A DNA stretch of 64,000 bases, from the NCBI GenBank assembly GCA_002633005.1, contig NMRA01000300.1, forward strand, positions 241,783 to 305,782. The letters are read 5' to 3'. The stretch's first letter is position 1, and each line of letters begins with the position of its first letter. This DNA is from Phoronis australis (lineage: Eukaryota; Animalia; Phoronida). Of this stretch, positions 11,899-25,000 are shown piece by piece. The translations under genes were made by a program, and so were the position numbers. Under the pieces are notes generated by a model. That model was given only the letters and a program-made list of their open reading frames with translations. It made no database searches and was not told the DNA's origin.

Positions 11899-14800
11899 GC
11901 ATGTCGCTAACACCAGTCTTCGAGAACAACGCGCAGTATTAGCCAGTAGCGCTAGTGAGTGTGTCGTGATACAAAAATGCTAAATTTGACGAAGTTGGGT
12001 TATTTGATACATAGTAACATCGGGTGTAGATTTTCTGTCAGAACGTTATCTTAGGCGAAATTACAATATCAAATACGTACCATGTTCAGTCATCTGCGAT
12101 ATTATAATTTCAAGGTATACAAAACGAGTTGAAAATAAAACTTCTCCGTAAAAGTGACAAAAAATTCCATGATTTATAATCTTGGCGAAGTTCTTTTGCT
12201 TTGACGCGTTTCCTTTTCAAGTTGACCTTCATAAATTGGTGGAAATTTAATGATTGCGATGGCATTTCGTCAACATTGATTTCAATTTTTTAACAAGCAA
12301 AGATTATATTTAAATAAGATTTCTGTTAAATCAGTAGTATTTGTTCTCCCTGAAATTTTTACTGGTTGTTTAAGTACCGTTTTTCAGATATAGTCCTGTC
12401 AGTGTAGACTGTGATAACTAATATGTAATTGTGCACGAGTTTATTGTATACAGGAAGTATGTAACTTGATTTTTGATGCTTTGAAGGAACAGTGGTTCCA
12501 CCTGGGAGTATGTGAATCTTTTAAGGGTTCTGAATTTATGTAGACATAAGTCTCGAATTGTTATTCACCTAACGGGTCGTAGAAACATTGAAAGAAAGTC
12601 CATTTTAATGAGGAATTTAATTACTTGGCAATGTTTTCATATACATGCAATATTTTGTAATAATAATTTGAGAAAAAAAACTTGTCGTTGAAAAGGGCAT
12701 AATTGTTTTATGTTCGAAAAAAACACATGTAGTATTTTGGGTACGGAATGACTTTTTCGAGTCAGTAGCATTAAACAGTGCAACTGGACGCCGTAAGATG
12801 GCGCACGCGGGCAATGTGTTGTGCTCATCAGAGCCCAGAACCAACATGTTGAGTGTAAGAGTGGCAAGAAACGAGGCGCGTGTTATAAGTAACCCCTCTA
12901 CAGTGAGCATTTGGGAACGATATCGAGTTCTGGACCGCCGTACGAGATGAGCGGAACATTTTCAGAATGTCTTCGAAGCTTGCTAGTGTGAACATCCGGG
13001 TTAATCTGGCTTCATATTCCTCTCCTAGTAGCTTAGCATTCGTGCTTTGTTTCAACTGATTTTAAGTGTGAACCTAAATTGTGTCTGGAACGATCATATT
13101 GTTTTCGGTGTTCGACTAAATAATCGATGGAATTCCTCGCTGATATATCAACAGTTCTGAATGATTGGTTGCACATTTATAAACAACTAGATGGTCAAAT
13201 CTGCTTTGAAAAATATACCTGTTAGCGTATGCATTTTGAGGGGTAGGTATTAGCAGAATACTCGACCGTGCTTGTACTTTAAAATGTCTGACAAAGTGAG
13301 CTTGCAAGTAAAACGGTACCTGCGTGTCACGTGATTCAACAGCCGGTGAAGTCAAGGTCACCTGTTCACTTAATTTTACACTTACGATATTTTACACCGT
13401 AAGTTGACAGTGCCTCACCACTGTGTGCAGCTCACGACAATATCGAGACGTTCGGCAAAAACATGTTGGCAGAAATTCGGTACATTTTGTCGGAGCACAC
13501 AATAAATAGCTCTCGTATGTTCTTTAAAACGATACCTATGAGAAGCTTTCTGTAAATATACGACTCAAGAACTGAAGGCAGTAAAACAACTTGACCTTCT
13601 ACCTTTTACAATCTAGTTATTCTTAGGCTCAAATTTGAAAAAAACTAAGCATATAACGAACTTTGTACTGTGCGAGTTTGTCATATTGATCCCCAGAAGC
13701 GTCACATATCCATCAGTACCCAACTCCACCTCACGAGTTACCAAAGTAATGCCTCACACAAGCCATACGAATCTCCGCCAGGGGGTGCTTTCCAACAAAC
13801 GTCGAAAGAGGCTCTCAAGATTAACTTGAGCTCGAGGCATGTTTTTGCATGTCACAAGATCGCGGTAATTTGGGGGCTCTGGAATTGTATTTTGACTTTA
13901 AATGACCCTTCTTTGGCCTGGTTTGCGTTCCATATACGCAAGACATTCGCGGGAAAACGTCATCACGTGCCGTGCTTCGTTTGTAACTGGGAGTAATATG
14001 AACATTATAGTCCTAGGTTTGTAACTTTTGCATGGCGTTGTCTCGGAAACGCTGTCGTGATCTTGCGTTTCGCACTGTTAGGTCTAATACTCCTTAACAT
14101 TCTTTATTTCCGTTGCCAATAAGAACACTAAACCCTGTTCAGCGACCTAGAGAAACGCATCTGAGAGATTATTTGTTGGGGTTGACCAACCCAAAAATTG
14201 CGAATTCGAAAATGAGGCACGTACGCAAGACGTGAATTACCTGCTTCCATCAGCAACAATTCAAAGTCGGATGAACGTGGTAACATTCGTATGTTTGAAC
14301 CCTAACGCGTTGGTAAAGAATTTAACATTTAAAGATAAACAGCGGCGTCTCCTTAACTTGAGACTACGGAACTCAGTCAGCCACGCTTGCAGCTCCTTCT
14401 ATTGAGTTTTTTTGGTAAAACAACAAGAATTCCGTTTGCGACGAAGGTTGGCTGATATCGTCACATACGCAAGCGAGGCGCGTTTGTTATCGAATGAAGT
14501 GAAGTCCAAGTGGTGATCTGATCGCTTCATTCGACAGAAGAGACTTAATTGAGTGTATAAAAGGTGACTTTAATGAACAATGGGTGAGCGTATTATAGCA
14601 AGAATTTGATGGGATGGTAGGCTTGTGTTACAAAATACTTCGTTTTCATTTCACTGCACAAGAGGATTGAGAGCGCGTTATCCTGAAAATGACAGAAGAC
14701 AACATAAGTGATATTTGACTTTCCCTTGAAGCGCAGTGCGCTAAGTATTAGAACGTTGTTTAACTTTATGTTAACGCGTGCATACATCGTGGTAAAACAT

Positions 14801-15978
14801 ACTCCTGATTATTAGCAAAGAGCTGACAATTCAATTAGGAAGCCATTTCTTCAGTTGTCATGCATATTTTTGAAACTAATATTTAATATACAATTATGCT
14901 TGTTCATATTATTTCCATAAACACGTCGTCAAGCCCTCTCCGATTTTTAAAACTGTTTTCGCTAAGCGGCATTTGATAAACCATGGTGGACGATCCCGAT
15001 TGTCTGATTGCCATGTCTCAAAAAGATTATATTGACACGCAAATTTGTGTTTTAATCATGACAACATGACACGACTATTGCGGGGATTCTTTGGGCATTG
15101 GAGTTTAATCTTCGGTTGTTCTAGGGGTCTTTGACTTTTCATACGGAATATTTTTGCACTCATTAGGCTGTGTTGGTTATGAATATGCCCTCATTTAGCT
15201 AATACAACTGTTGCCTTAATTAAGCATCTACTCTATTGCTAAGCAACTATTACGTTATTTTGACGGACTTTGTCCGATCTACCTGTTTTAAAAATGGTCG
15301 TTGCTAAGATTATTCACTTACAGTTTAGCAAGTTCTGCGTTTAAGTATCCTCGCTTGGTCTTACAAAGCAAGCACGTTTTAATCAACAATGTCCTTTTTA
15401 CCGACATCGGGGGATTGTTGTCGGCCATTGTTAGAAAACAGAGAATGAAAATGTAAATTAAAATGTCTTTCAGTTCTCCAATATTTTCAACAAACTGACC
15501 CGATAACTTGTACATGTTCCCAGTTTCATGAAACTTTTATGAAACCAAAGTTTAAGGCAACACAGCGCGTATGAGCCGTGCATAACAAGATGAAAGAGTA
15601 GGTTGATTTATTAGTATAACGTGATAGTTTACCTTTGTGTGTGAAAAATGGAGTTAAACAGCCGTGTTTGAACCCACGTGATCACTTACTAAGTGAGCAC
15701 GCACGTGAAACCTGAGAAACGTTTAAGCAAAGGTCAATAAAGCTACACCGCATCACTTTACTTCAATTGTCATTTAATAAACCAGTCGGTTGGACCACCC
15801 AGTCACTCACTACTGATCAACACAAGTCATGGAGTCTTTCCGAATTACTACCCAACACACTGGGGTTAAACCCTGTTTTGTGCAGAAATATAATTTATTT
15901 ATTTTTTCTGAAACGCATCACACTATCTAAATATTTCAGGTAATTAATGCAGCATAAACAAACTAGATTATCTATGTG

Positions 15979-16132
15979 CGTCCTTCCCGCGTGTTCAGGT
16001 CCTTCCCGCGTGTTCACGTCCTTCCCGCATGTTCACGTCCTTCCCGCGTGTTCACGTTCTTCCCGCGTGTTTACGTCCTTCCGCGTGTTCACGTCCCTCC
16101 TGTGTGTTCACGTCCCTCCTGTGTGTTCACGT
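15979..16132. repeat. 19-nt minisatellite (CGTCCTTCCCGCGTGTTCA), about 8 copies
   Basis: Directly visible tandem units; explains the repetitive ORFs at 15947 and 15976. Confidence 0.9.
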
Positions 16133-18045
16133 GCAATCTAGTAAACATAGGTAGTCATCAAAATGTGTAGCATGAGAATTTGTTTTAATTTCGCTCCAAC
16201 CAAACGCCTCTTGTAAAAATGCGGGATTTTTCATCCAGATGAGATGTTGCAAATATAACTGTAACCGGAACCGGAACAAGAGACAACGTCTCATGTGCTT
16301 TATTGGCGAAAAGGTTTCGCTGGTATCCGCGGTAGATATTGAAGGGTTTTCGAAAAAAATGTTTCAAAAAAACTATGAAATTGGTTTCATTGGGAAGTGT
16401 GCGCTTTTTTGTATCGGGAATCCCAAAGTTTCTTTAGCACTGCACAGAAGTTAGGGAAGGTGCCACTTAACATGGTTATACATATAACGGCAAAGAAAAG
16501 ATGAATGTTTTTTTCAGACTGCACAGCTGCCTCTTACAACGTGTGCATGCGTCACGGAGCGAGCCATTCTCATTCAGCTATTACACCCTGCATGTGTGCT
16601 CCAATCAAACACAATTTTGACCGCAGAAAACACCGAAACACGTTTTTTACTGCTAACCACCTTCATTAATCAGCTGATCGATTTCAGTTTCGAGTTTTGA
16701 TTATTGTGATTTTGTGTCAGAAGAAGTACTCCTAGTTATTAAAGTTGAGGGGTTAATTGAAATGATTATTACATCCGCGTTGGAACTCCTATGACGTGTT
16801 ATGGCTTGTTAAACTGCCTCGCACTCGATTTTGGCCTACGTTTGCAAAGAATATATTTTTGGCTTCCGAATTACGGCAGGCAGCCTTCCTTTGATTTGCG
16901 GATTTCAATTTTAGAAGTATAGCTTTAGATAGTTACATACTACGCTACTTCTTTTTCTTTTATAGGGCTGACATGTTGATCAAATAATTTTTTAAAGTTA
17001 TTATTGGTACTTGGGGCACGGGTGTAGTCCTTCTTCATGTTACACGATGACGTCATGACTGGGTGGAGTCTTTGGACTGCTACTGCAAATTGATTTACTC
17101 ATGTTAAGCGTCAGAGATTTCCTTTGAATTCCGTGTCATTGTTGGTTCTATTGTTAAGTAACGTGAGTAATTATGTTTTGCAGAAAGGCTAGTTGTCAAT
17201 AAATTGCATGCTTCCCACACTGTTAGTCTATCTTTATAAATTAAGGTAATCGTGTCTTACTAACAGCGCCATTTGTCAGAAACCAAGCTCAGTAGTTTTG
17301 ACGGCCGCGCATCATGGCAAGTTTTGTAATTAATTTCCGATAATCAACTTAACACGTACTGTCAGTCGGAAATAACAACATGGGCCCAACTTGTTAGTTT
17401 GTAGGTAACACAAAACGACTTTGGATTCGTGTTACATCGAGGCGTTAATCAGTCGTCATAACCTAGCTATGTACAAGCTATCCAATCCCAGTTTACAGGG
17501 TGAACCAGCTACGTCACAATCCAACCGCAGAGTTGACAACGCAGGCTTCTACAAACTTCCAAAAAGTTTAGTAAATGTGAAGCCCTCTAGGCACGATTCG
17601 ATAGTCGTATGCGACTGTTATATACATGCACTATAAATTGATCGAATCATCAATTCGTTGTCCAATCAATGAGTGTTATATTTACATGGAGTGGTTTGTA
17701 TTGATCACGTGAATGAGTCGCATGAGTTATCGTGTCTCCTAAAGTAGCGGCATCTTCACCTGCTGATAGACATGGTGACCGTATAACTCAGTCGTGCCGT
17801 GCAGACAGGACGGAATGCACTTTATCTATACATTACCTCAATAGGAACTGCTCAATACGTTACAACAATATTGCGAAAAAATTCATGAGATCTACAATAT
17901 CACTGACTAGCATTAAACCCGTCCTTCCTGTCAAAAAGGGATTCAATTTAGGCCATTCGCCATTACAAACTTGTTTTTATACTTTACCTTATTCAGCTAA
18001 GCCAAGAGTGACCACTGGGCTCGTGCAGAGCAGACAGCTGGTTAC

Positions 18046-18119
18046 TTCTTCGGACGAAGTCGTAAAATTTCAGATCACGCGTGACCTGAAATTTTATGGA
18101 GTGAGCTTGGTCTGAAGAA
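18046..18119. repeat. Long imperfect palindrome / hairpin
   Basis: TAAAATTTCAG-A-TCACG|CGTGA-C-CTGAAATTTTA (18063-18096) plus outer arms TTCTTCGGAC / GTCTGAAGAA. Confidence 0.75.
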
Positions 18120-21100
18120 CTGGACGTTCTTTTGAAACTCTGAAATCACCGCCATTTTGACAACGGAACAAGCTGAGATAAAACTCATAATCATAAGTGG
18201 CTTAAACAAAAACTCTTTTTGTCAGAAAGCACAGGTTTAATGCCGATTTGATGGTTTGAATGACTTAACTTCTCATTGAAAACGAGAAACTCGTTAACAT
18301 CACCCTGTACGTGAATTAGACTTAGCTCGGTCAAAACAAATGAATTACGTTGTCAAAACGTGCCCAGCGTGAATTTTTACATCTATTTCTGTGTTGGTTT
18401 TCCATTAAAGAAAATTAAGACCAATATTGGCTCAACGGGCGGCACTTTAGTCGACTAACTAGCTCACTACTGATTTTTTAGCCTTCGGGCGTTGAGTGTG
18501 GTGTTTTAATTTTCGGCTAACCAGTCGGTTCCTTTGTGTTAGTCTCTCGTGAGTTGAACGATGAACACACTCGTTGGCGGGAGTGCTCGGGCTTATTATC
18601 ACAGAGAGAAACGCGATAGGACCAGCTGAGGTACTCGTTTCACAACAAGCATGTTTAAGAGTTTAGCTATATATATATATTATCTCCCATGTACATGTGT
18701 TTGTTTGTTCCTTTGTTTGTTTCTAGATTTGTGTGTCCATTTGTTCCCTTTTTGTTCTGCTCGACTCATTGTTCGTCTCTTCATTTTACTTGTTAACTCC
18801 CGCAACACCCGGTAGATTGAGACGACATAATAAAGCCCCTCAAACGGTAAACTACCATTGGTTGCTTACTTTTTAGCTTATTTTTCCCACGGCATCGGTT
18901 TTTACAAGAGATACGAGCGGGGACAGTGAAGCTTGAATAACATGCGGCAGTTGAACAGAATTACACTGATATCATCTCCGACTACACACAAACAGACCAG
19001 TCACCAGGTGACGACACTGCAACAGTTCCGTCATTGACACTGCTTTGATATTCCTGCGCGAATGTGAATCTATTTTGCTTTTACTTTTTCACAAATCTGT
19101 AGGGCGCATGACCGTCGACATTCTTGTTGAACCACTTGGTCTTCAGGTACCGCCACGCTGGCACATTCAGTTTGCCTGAAAAGTAATTTTAGAATTTAGA
19201 CATAACGTTCAAGTATGTCGGTTAATTACCGCCCCTGCCCTCTCCCCAAAAATGCACAAGTTAGCATTTATAATTAATGTGTTATTGAGTTCTCAAAGGG
19301 GATTTGGCAATGTGAGTATTGGTATTGTTGATAAAGACAATTGTTTGAGACTCAGTGAGGAAGCCAACTCTGCAACCATTGGAAGGATTTCAAAAATGTA
19401 TTGGGTTTTACGCTTAATAAATATCAACAGTAAATATAAAAACCATATCTGTAAGACTAAAAATTATATAGCCACACCCCGCTATCAAGTAAAACCTGAG
19501 AAATCTTTACATTTATTGGAAAATTTCAACTCATCTGGCACGATTTGGTTCCCAGTTTATTCCGCCTCGCATAATGCTTCAATGCGATTCAGATCTTCGT
19601 GCCTTCTCAAATACGCTCTAGAGATTAGCACTTGGATATTTTGCGCCGGTTTTGATCAGAATCTCTCCGTGTCCGTGTAGGTCAGTTTGTAGGTCAGTTT
19701 GTAGGTCAGTTTCACTGTGCAAGAAACAGGTGATGCCGTCACCCTCTGGATATCAAATCTTTGATGGAAACAAATATACTTCGCGAGTTCATATAAAATA
19801 AAAAATACATATGATTGATACAGGTGACACTGGGTGGCGCGTCGGTCTAGTTTTGAGAGTGCTGGACTGACAATCGCATCAAAAATTGAAAAAAGTGCTT
19901 GGCATTGACCATCGCCAGTAAACCAGTACCCGGAAGACCCGGAAGTGGGCGGAGAAACGACCAACTATAGACAGATGTAAATAAACTAATAGAATCTGGA
20001 AATGACGTCACTTCATCACGACCCCAAAGAGGTTTCAGGGAAAATCATGTTCCATGATTCAGTACCTTAGAAAATCTTTCATATTTGATCGACTTCGGAG
20101 CATCACATCAAGGGAACGGCGGCTGGTCGTATTTAAAAGAAACTTTAGTATAATGTATAATGCGCTGCTCTGCGCTGCTCTCCGAGTCCAAAATGCTGTC
20201 CTTTTTGTATTTGACCTTGGCATGAGGGCCTATCGAACATTGACCTTGGCATGAGGTCCTATCGAGCTTTGACCTTGTTATTGAACCGTTGTTTTGCTAC
20301 GGATGTACCTTTTTTCAATTTCGCTAAATGTCATCGCTGAAATTTGTCTATAGCAAAAGTTGGGTTTCTGTTAAGAATAGGGGTTTATAGCCCATTTAAC
20401 TATGTTGGGACTAGCCGGGTGAGAGCATAACTTTGTGTAACTGTCCACACGACTGGCCGGATAAATGCACTATTGACAAAAATATTTGATGCAAACGATT
20501 CATTTGTCTCCAAGAAAACTGTGTGTTTATGTCTGTATGCTTGCACGGACTAAGAAATGGTCGGACCACGTGACTCGCTTCAAGAGTTTAACAGTTATTA
20601 AGTGGTAATTGTCTCCCTTTGTTACAAGTGTCCCTTTTGATAACTTGTTTCGCGTTCTAGCTAATGGCGGCAAGTGCTCACCTATTTAAAAACGATAAAA
20701 CAGAATTAAGTGGGCTGCGCACGTGGCAGAACATTATTTCTTGTTTAATCTAAAAACCACGGTGTATACCGGAAGTGGAACAAATGTACTCACATCCGTC
20801 CCGGACATGTTTTCTGGTTGTAACAAGGCCGACTTAACAGGCTGTTGAATCACAAAGTATTTTGTCATGTTTTGCATCTGAAAGACATTGTTTCCTTAGA
20901 CAATGTTACCGCGATTTTCTGTCAGACTTTTTGAACTTGGGTTAATGGTCTTGGAAACAAAAAAAAATCAGTAGCTTTTGCCAACCGTTATCATTTAATG
21001 GTAAATCCGCACTCTTTCCCTATGTGAGTTCAATGACCAGATATGGACAATACGGAGCAGACGAACTGAGCCAAATTTTTGTCGTCTGAGCAACTAGCTT

Positions 21101-21751
21101 GGTTTCCAAATTCATTTGATTCTCTGATGTTTACCATCAAAGTAGGTTGCTCTTGTGTCACTGGCCTTTGCTGCAAAGGATCATGATCAACCCTTTAATG
21201 TTTGATTTAATCTTGATATTGTCTTGACCAAAAACAATAGTTACCGTAGAACACATATGTGTTTTTTTTAGCCGCCACCTTCTTGTTCGTTAATTTCTAT
21301 AAAGCGCATGATATCCGCTGACTCTTTTACTTTTTTGTTTTCGACATGTGCTCGGTTGTTGCTAACTAGTCGAGACAGCGCGTATCACTTTCGTCGCTAA
21401 TACAACTCCAATCAAGACGATCAAAGCAGTAGCGGTCGCGCTGATTGCGGCGATAGAGTTTCGGTCAGCGTGTAGTGAGAAAAGCAGTAAATGAAGACCT
21501 CTCTTTGACACTGCACGCTCTTCAACGGGCAACTGTGATTGGCTGAAAGGTTAGCCGTGTTTTCCGAAGCCACTCCCATTTAACCAAATTGGTCGTCAGT
21601 GTTACATATGAATCAAATCTAGCCTCATATATTCATCGCATCCGCCGCCTCCGTCACTGTCGGTGAGGCGGATTCGAATACACCTTCTTTGCTTGTGAAA
21701 TAGTTTTACCGCAAAATCATCGAACTGTGTCAATCGAAAAGTAAAGCAAAA

Positions 21752-22007
21752 ATGGCCGTTGAAGCTAACGATTGTAGAGACGAGGACGGTCCAGCGGAGC
21801 CCAGATTAACAAACTTTTCCATCGACGAAATTTTGAAGCCTACATTTGGTCGACAGAAGCACTATAGAGATGAGCACGTTCATCGGTACCTCGGCCCACG
21901 AGGTGCCTTCAAGCACTCGTCTCCAGCCATCACGCCAATAGCCCAGCCGAGTGCGGTCTGGCCGGCCTGGGTCTACTGCACGAGATACTCCGATCGACCG
22001 TCTTCAG
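21752..22007 (+). CDS. en: engrailed homeobox protein, coding exon 1 (EH1, EH2)
   Basis: EH1 Groucho-binding TNFSIDEILKP; EH2 VWPAWVYCTRYSDRPSS; donor TCAG|GTAAG at 22007/22008, phase 1. Confidence 0.96.
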
Positions 22008-25000
22008 GTAAGCCGGCTATGTATGTTCTTGTTTGTTGTACAGGTGTATTTGTAAGTATGATGGGCCTACACCCATTATTACATCTCCGACCGGACCTCA
22101 AGCGCCACGCCACGGTATGACTGGGTAACAGAAATTGATTCATTTCCTTTCAATATATCCATTTTTACATCTTTCCAAGATTTGCTGTGGTGTTGTCTTT
22201 TTTCAAACCTTTAAACACTAAGAACCATGTCAGGTTTGACAATTGGGAATTTGTTTTCGGATTACTCGTGGAAAACGAAAATTCACAAATTAAGTAAAAA
22301 CTTGTAGATGTGTGAACGTGCTTACTATATATAAACTCACGTGCCTGGCGGCCTGGCGGCTTTTGTCAATACGTCTGTAACTAGTGCGTCAAATCACGGT
22401 GTACGCTGAACGTAACGTGAAGAACTGTGTATAATTGCAAGACAATTGCGAAGCGTCGTGCCTTTCGGATACAAAGTTCTATTTGTTTCAATGGTAAAGC
22501 TGTCTGTAAATCAATAGTACTTCCACATCGGTTTACACACAAATTATGAAGTGTTATTGCACCACGCGTAAATTACGTAAAAATGCTACTCGACGGCACT
22601 CTGTATCAATCTCAGGTTTGTTATGAATGCAAAAACTTTATGAGCTGAATTTTGGATATTCCAGGCGCAGATTACGTTTTTGTTGACTTCACCGCTAACG
22701 TTAAAACTGCAGGACTTCCAAACTTGAATACAAAAATGCCCGTGGAGAACGTCAGCGAAAAATAGAGAACGTGTCTCTTAATAATGCCCTTTGAGAACTT
22801 CTGTCGGAACTGTATGACATCAGTCGAAACATATCGTTTTAACGCGTCATTAAATTCAATAAAAATTATGAAATGAATTTTGGTTACCATTTAGTGTATA
22901 AGACAAGTTTTGTCAAACGCGACGTTCCATTTTAAGATCTGAACTAATACTCTGTATGATATGGGTACACATGCACTGTCAGTTTTTGAGTAGGACTGAT
23001 TCATACGAAATAACAAAAATATATAAAGTTGCATTTTTAAAGTGGCTTTAAAGTCTTGAAGATTATAGTTAAAGGTAACACGGATGATTATCTTAGTAGG
23101 CAGTGCGCGACATGGTGATGATTGAATAATAACAAATATTTTGATGCACTCTACGAAAAATAACTTTATTTCACCATTTATAGACCCGTGAGGGCACTCG
23201 TGACTTGTAAACACTTGTGCGGCCCTGTTAGTTGGCTTGTTGCCATAATCGATCGTGAAATTTAATTACTGGCCTTCAAAATTTGGTGCGGAACCCATGC
23301 ATGGCAATCTTGAGACGAGGGTTTGATACCTTTTGAGTCCTAATTAACGATGTCGTAGGGCGCCCGTCGCCAAGGAAATTAAAATGTTGGAGCAAACGTG
23401 CAATCAGCGGCACGTTGAGGGAAATTAGGGGCTGCGAAACCGACGGATCAGAAATAGGGGCTGCGAAACTGACGGATGAGCTTTTAGAATGGTCAGCAAC
23501 CAGAAATGAGCAATTAAGAATTCCTCGGACAGCTTGTCATAGTATGTCATGTTTCCTTGAATTTCAAATTTTCAGTAATAATAATAAACTCCAAAAAACA
23601 ACGTGAACATTATTGAGTTAGCAGGCTCCAGTTATTTGGCTGCTATAAACGCAACTAAAATTCTGTTTTGTATGCATTCTTTTAAAGTATTTTACATTTC
23701 TCCAATTGTGGTGAATTTAAAATAATTTATTTGAAGTTGTACAGTTAGCCTTTCCAGCACATTGATTCCCAACCTCGATGACAGAGCCCTCTCGAGGAGA
23801 CTTCGGTTGCAAATGAGTTTGGTTCATGGATTATTTTTGCTAGTAATTATTGTTATCAATGGTATAATTAATATTTAAAGTATGAACCTTCATTTCTCCT
23901 TTTTATCAGGCAATGAAAATCTAGTTAGGTCCTTTATTCTCGTGACGTAACATTCCTTGTCGTCATAGGTTTCTTTTTAAGGTACTAAAAAGAGCATTCA
24001 AACTACCAGCGACTACAGCACGCGATTCAGAGTGCAGCTCTGGGTTTGCCAACTCTCAAATTGCGAATTCAAAAATGGTGAATATTCGTATTGCCTGTGA
24101 CTTGAAGTACCGGCTTATTCGGCAACTATTCAAGTTCGGGAGAGCGTGGTAATGTTTTAAACTCCAAAGCACTTCAGTTATGCATTCAAAATTGAGCTCA
24201 ACAGTTGCGCTGTAATAGCAATGGTAGCAGGGAACATCCATAAAGTTTGGCTAATGTAAACAGCTTGTTTCGACTTTTAAACCACGGAAAATAGCTTTGA
24301 AAATAGACAACTCCACGAATTTCTTCAACCAGTCGTGAACCGTGTCACAATCGAATTATACATGTGAGCTGTCTTTACACTCTTTATGCACCTGCCGCTG
24401 TGTGACACAATCTTGGAATGTCTCTATTATTGTCAATAGTGTGGCCGAGACAATCAATAGCACCCAAGCAGCCAAAAATTCACATTATTGTTCAAGTAAT
24501 TATTTATGAGTAAAGGAAATGAACCACTTTCTTCAACAGCTCGCTCGCGCGTGCCCGATTGTATCCGCTGTCAACCATTTTGGACGTCTCCGCTCAAAGG
24601 AACAATAACTGGCGATAAATTTCTAATTGACAAAATACTTGGACTTTTTCACTATCCGATTTAGCCTGTTTGGGGTACGTTTTACTAGAGCAACCCCCAA
24701 CACTATTTTTAAAAATCTTTCACTGGCTACAAACCAGTCTTTGGTCGTAAAATAATTTTAAGACCTCCTCAGATTAGGACTGATATCTTGGCTATATGGA
24801 AGAACTGCTTGAGACCATGGTCGGCACATAAACTGGCACGCCGTAACGAACAATCTTATCGTTCTTGATCTCCAACAATAGCGAACTAAAAGTTGCTCCC
24901 AAGTTCAAACATAGGGCTGTTCTGTAATTTGACTAAGAACCTGCCAGATTTATAGCGTTAAGTGCCCTGAACCAAAAAGTCACATTTGAAGGAAGGGAGT

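Noticed and set aside
15947-16170. Repetitive peptides (VLPACS / PSRVFT)
   Set aside because: Translation of a 19-nt minisatellite.
22008-22120. C-terminal part of ORF 21752-22120
   Set aside because: Read-through into the engrailed intron past the GTAAG donor.
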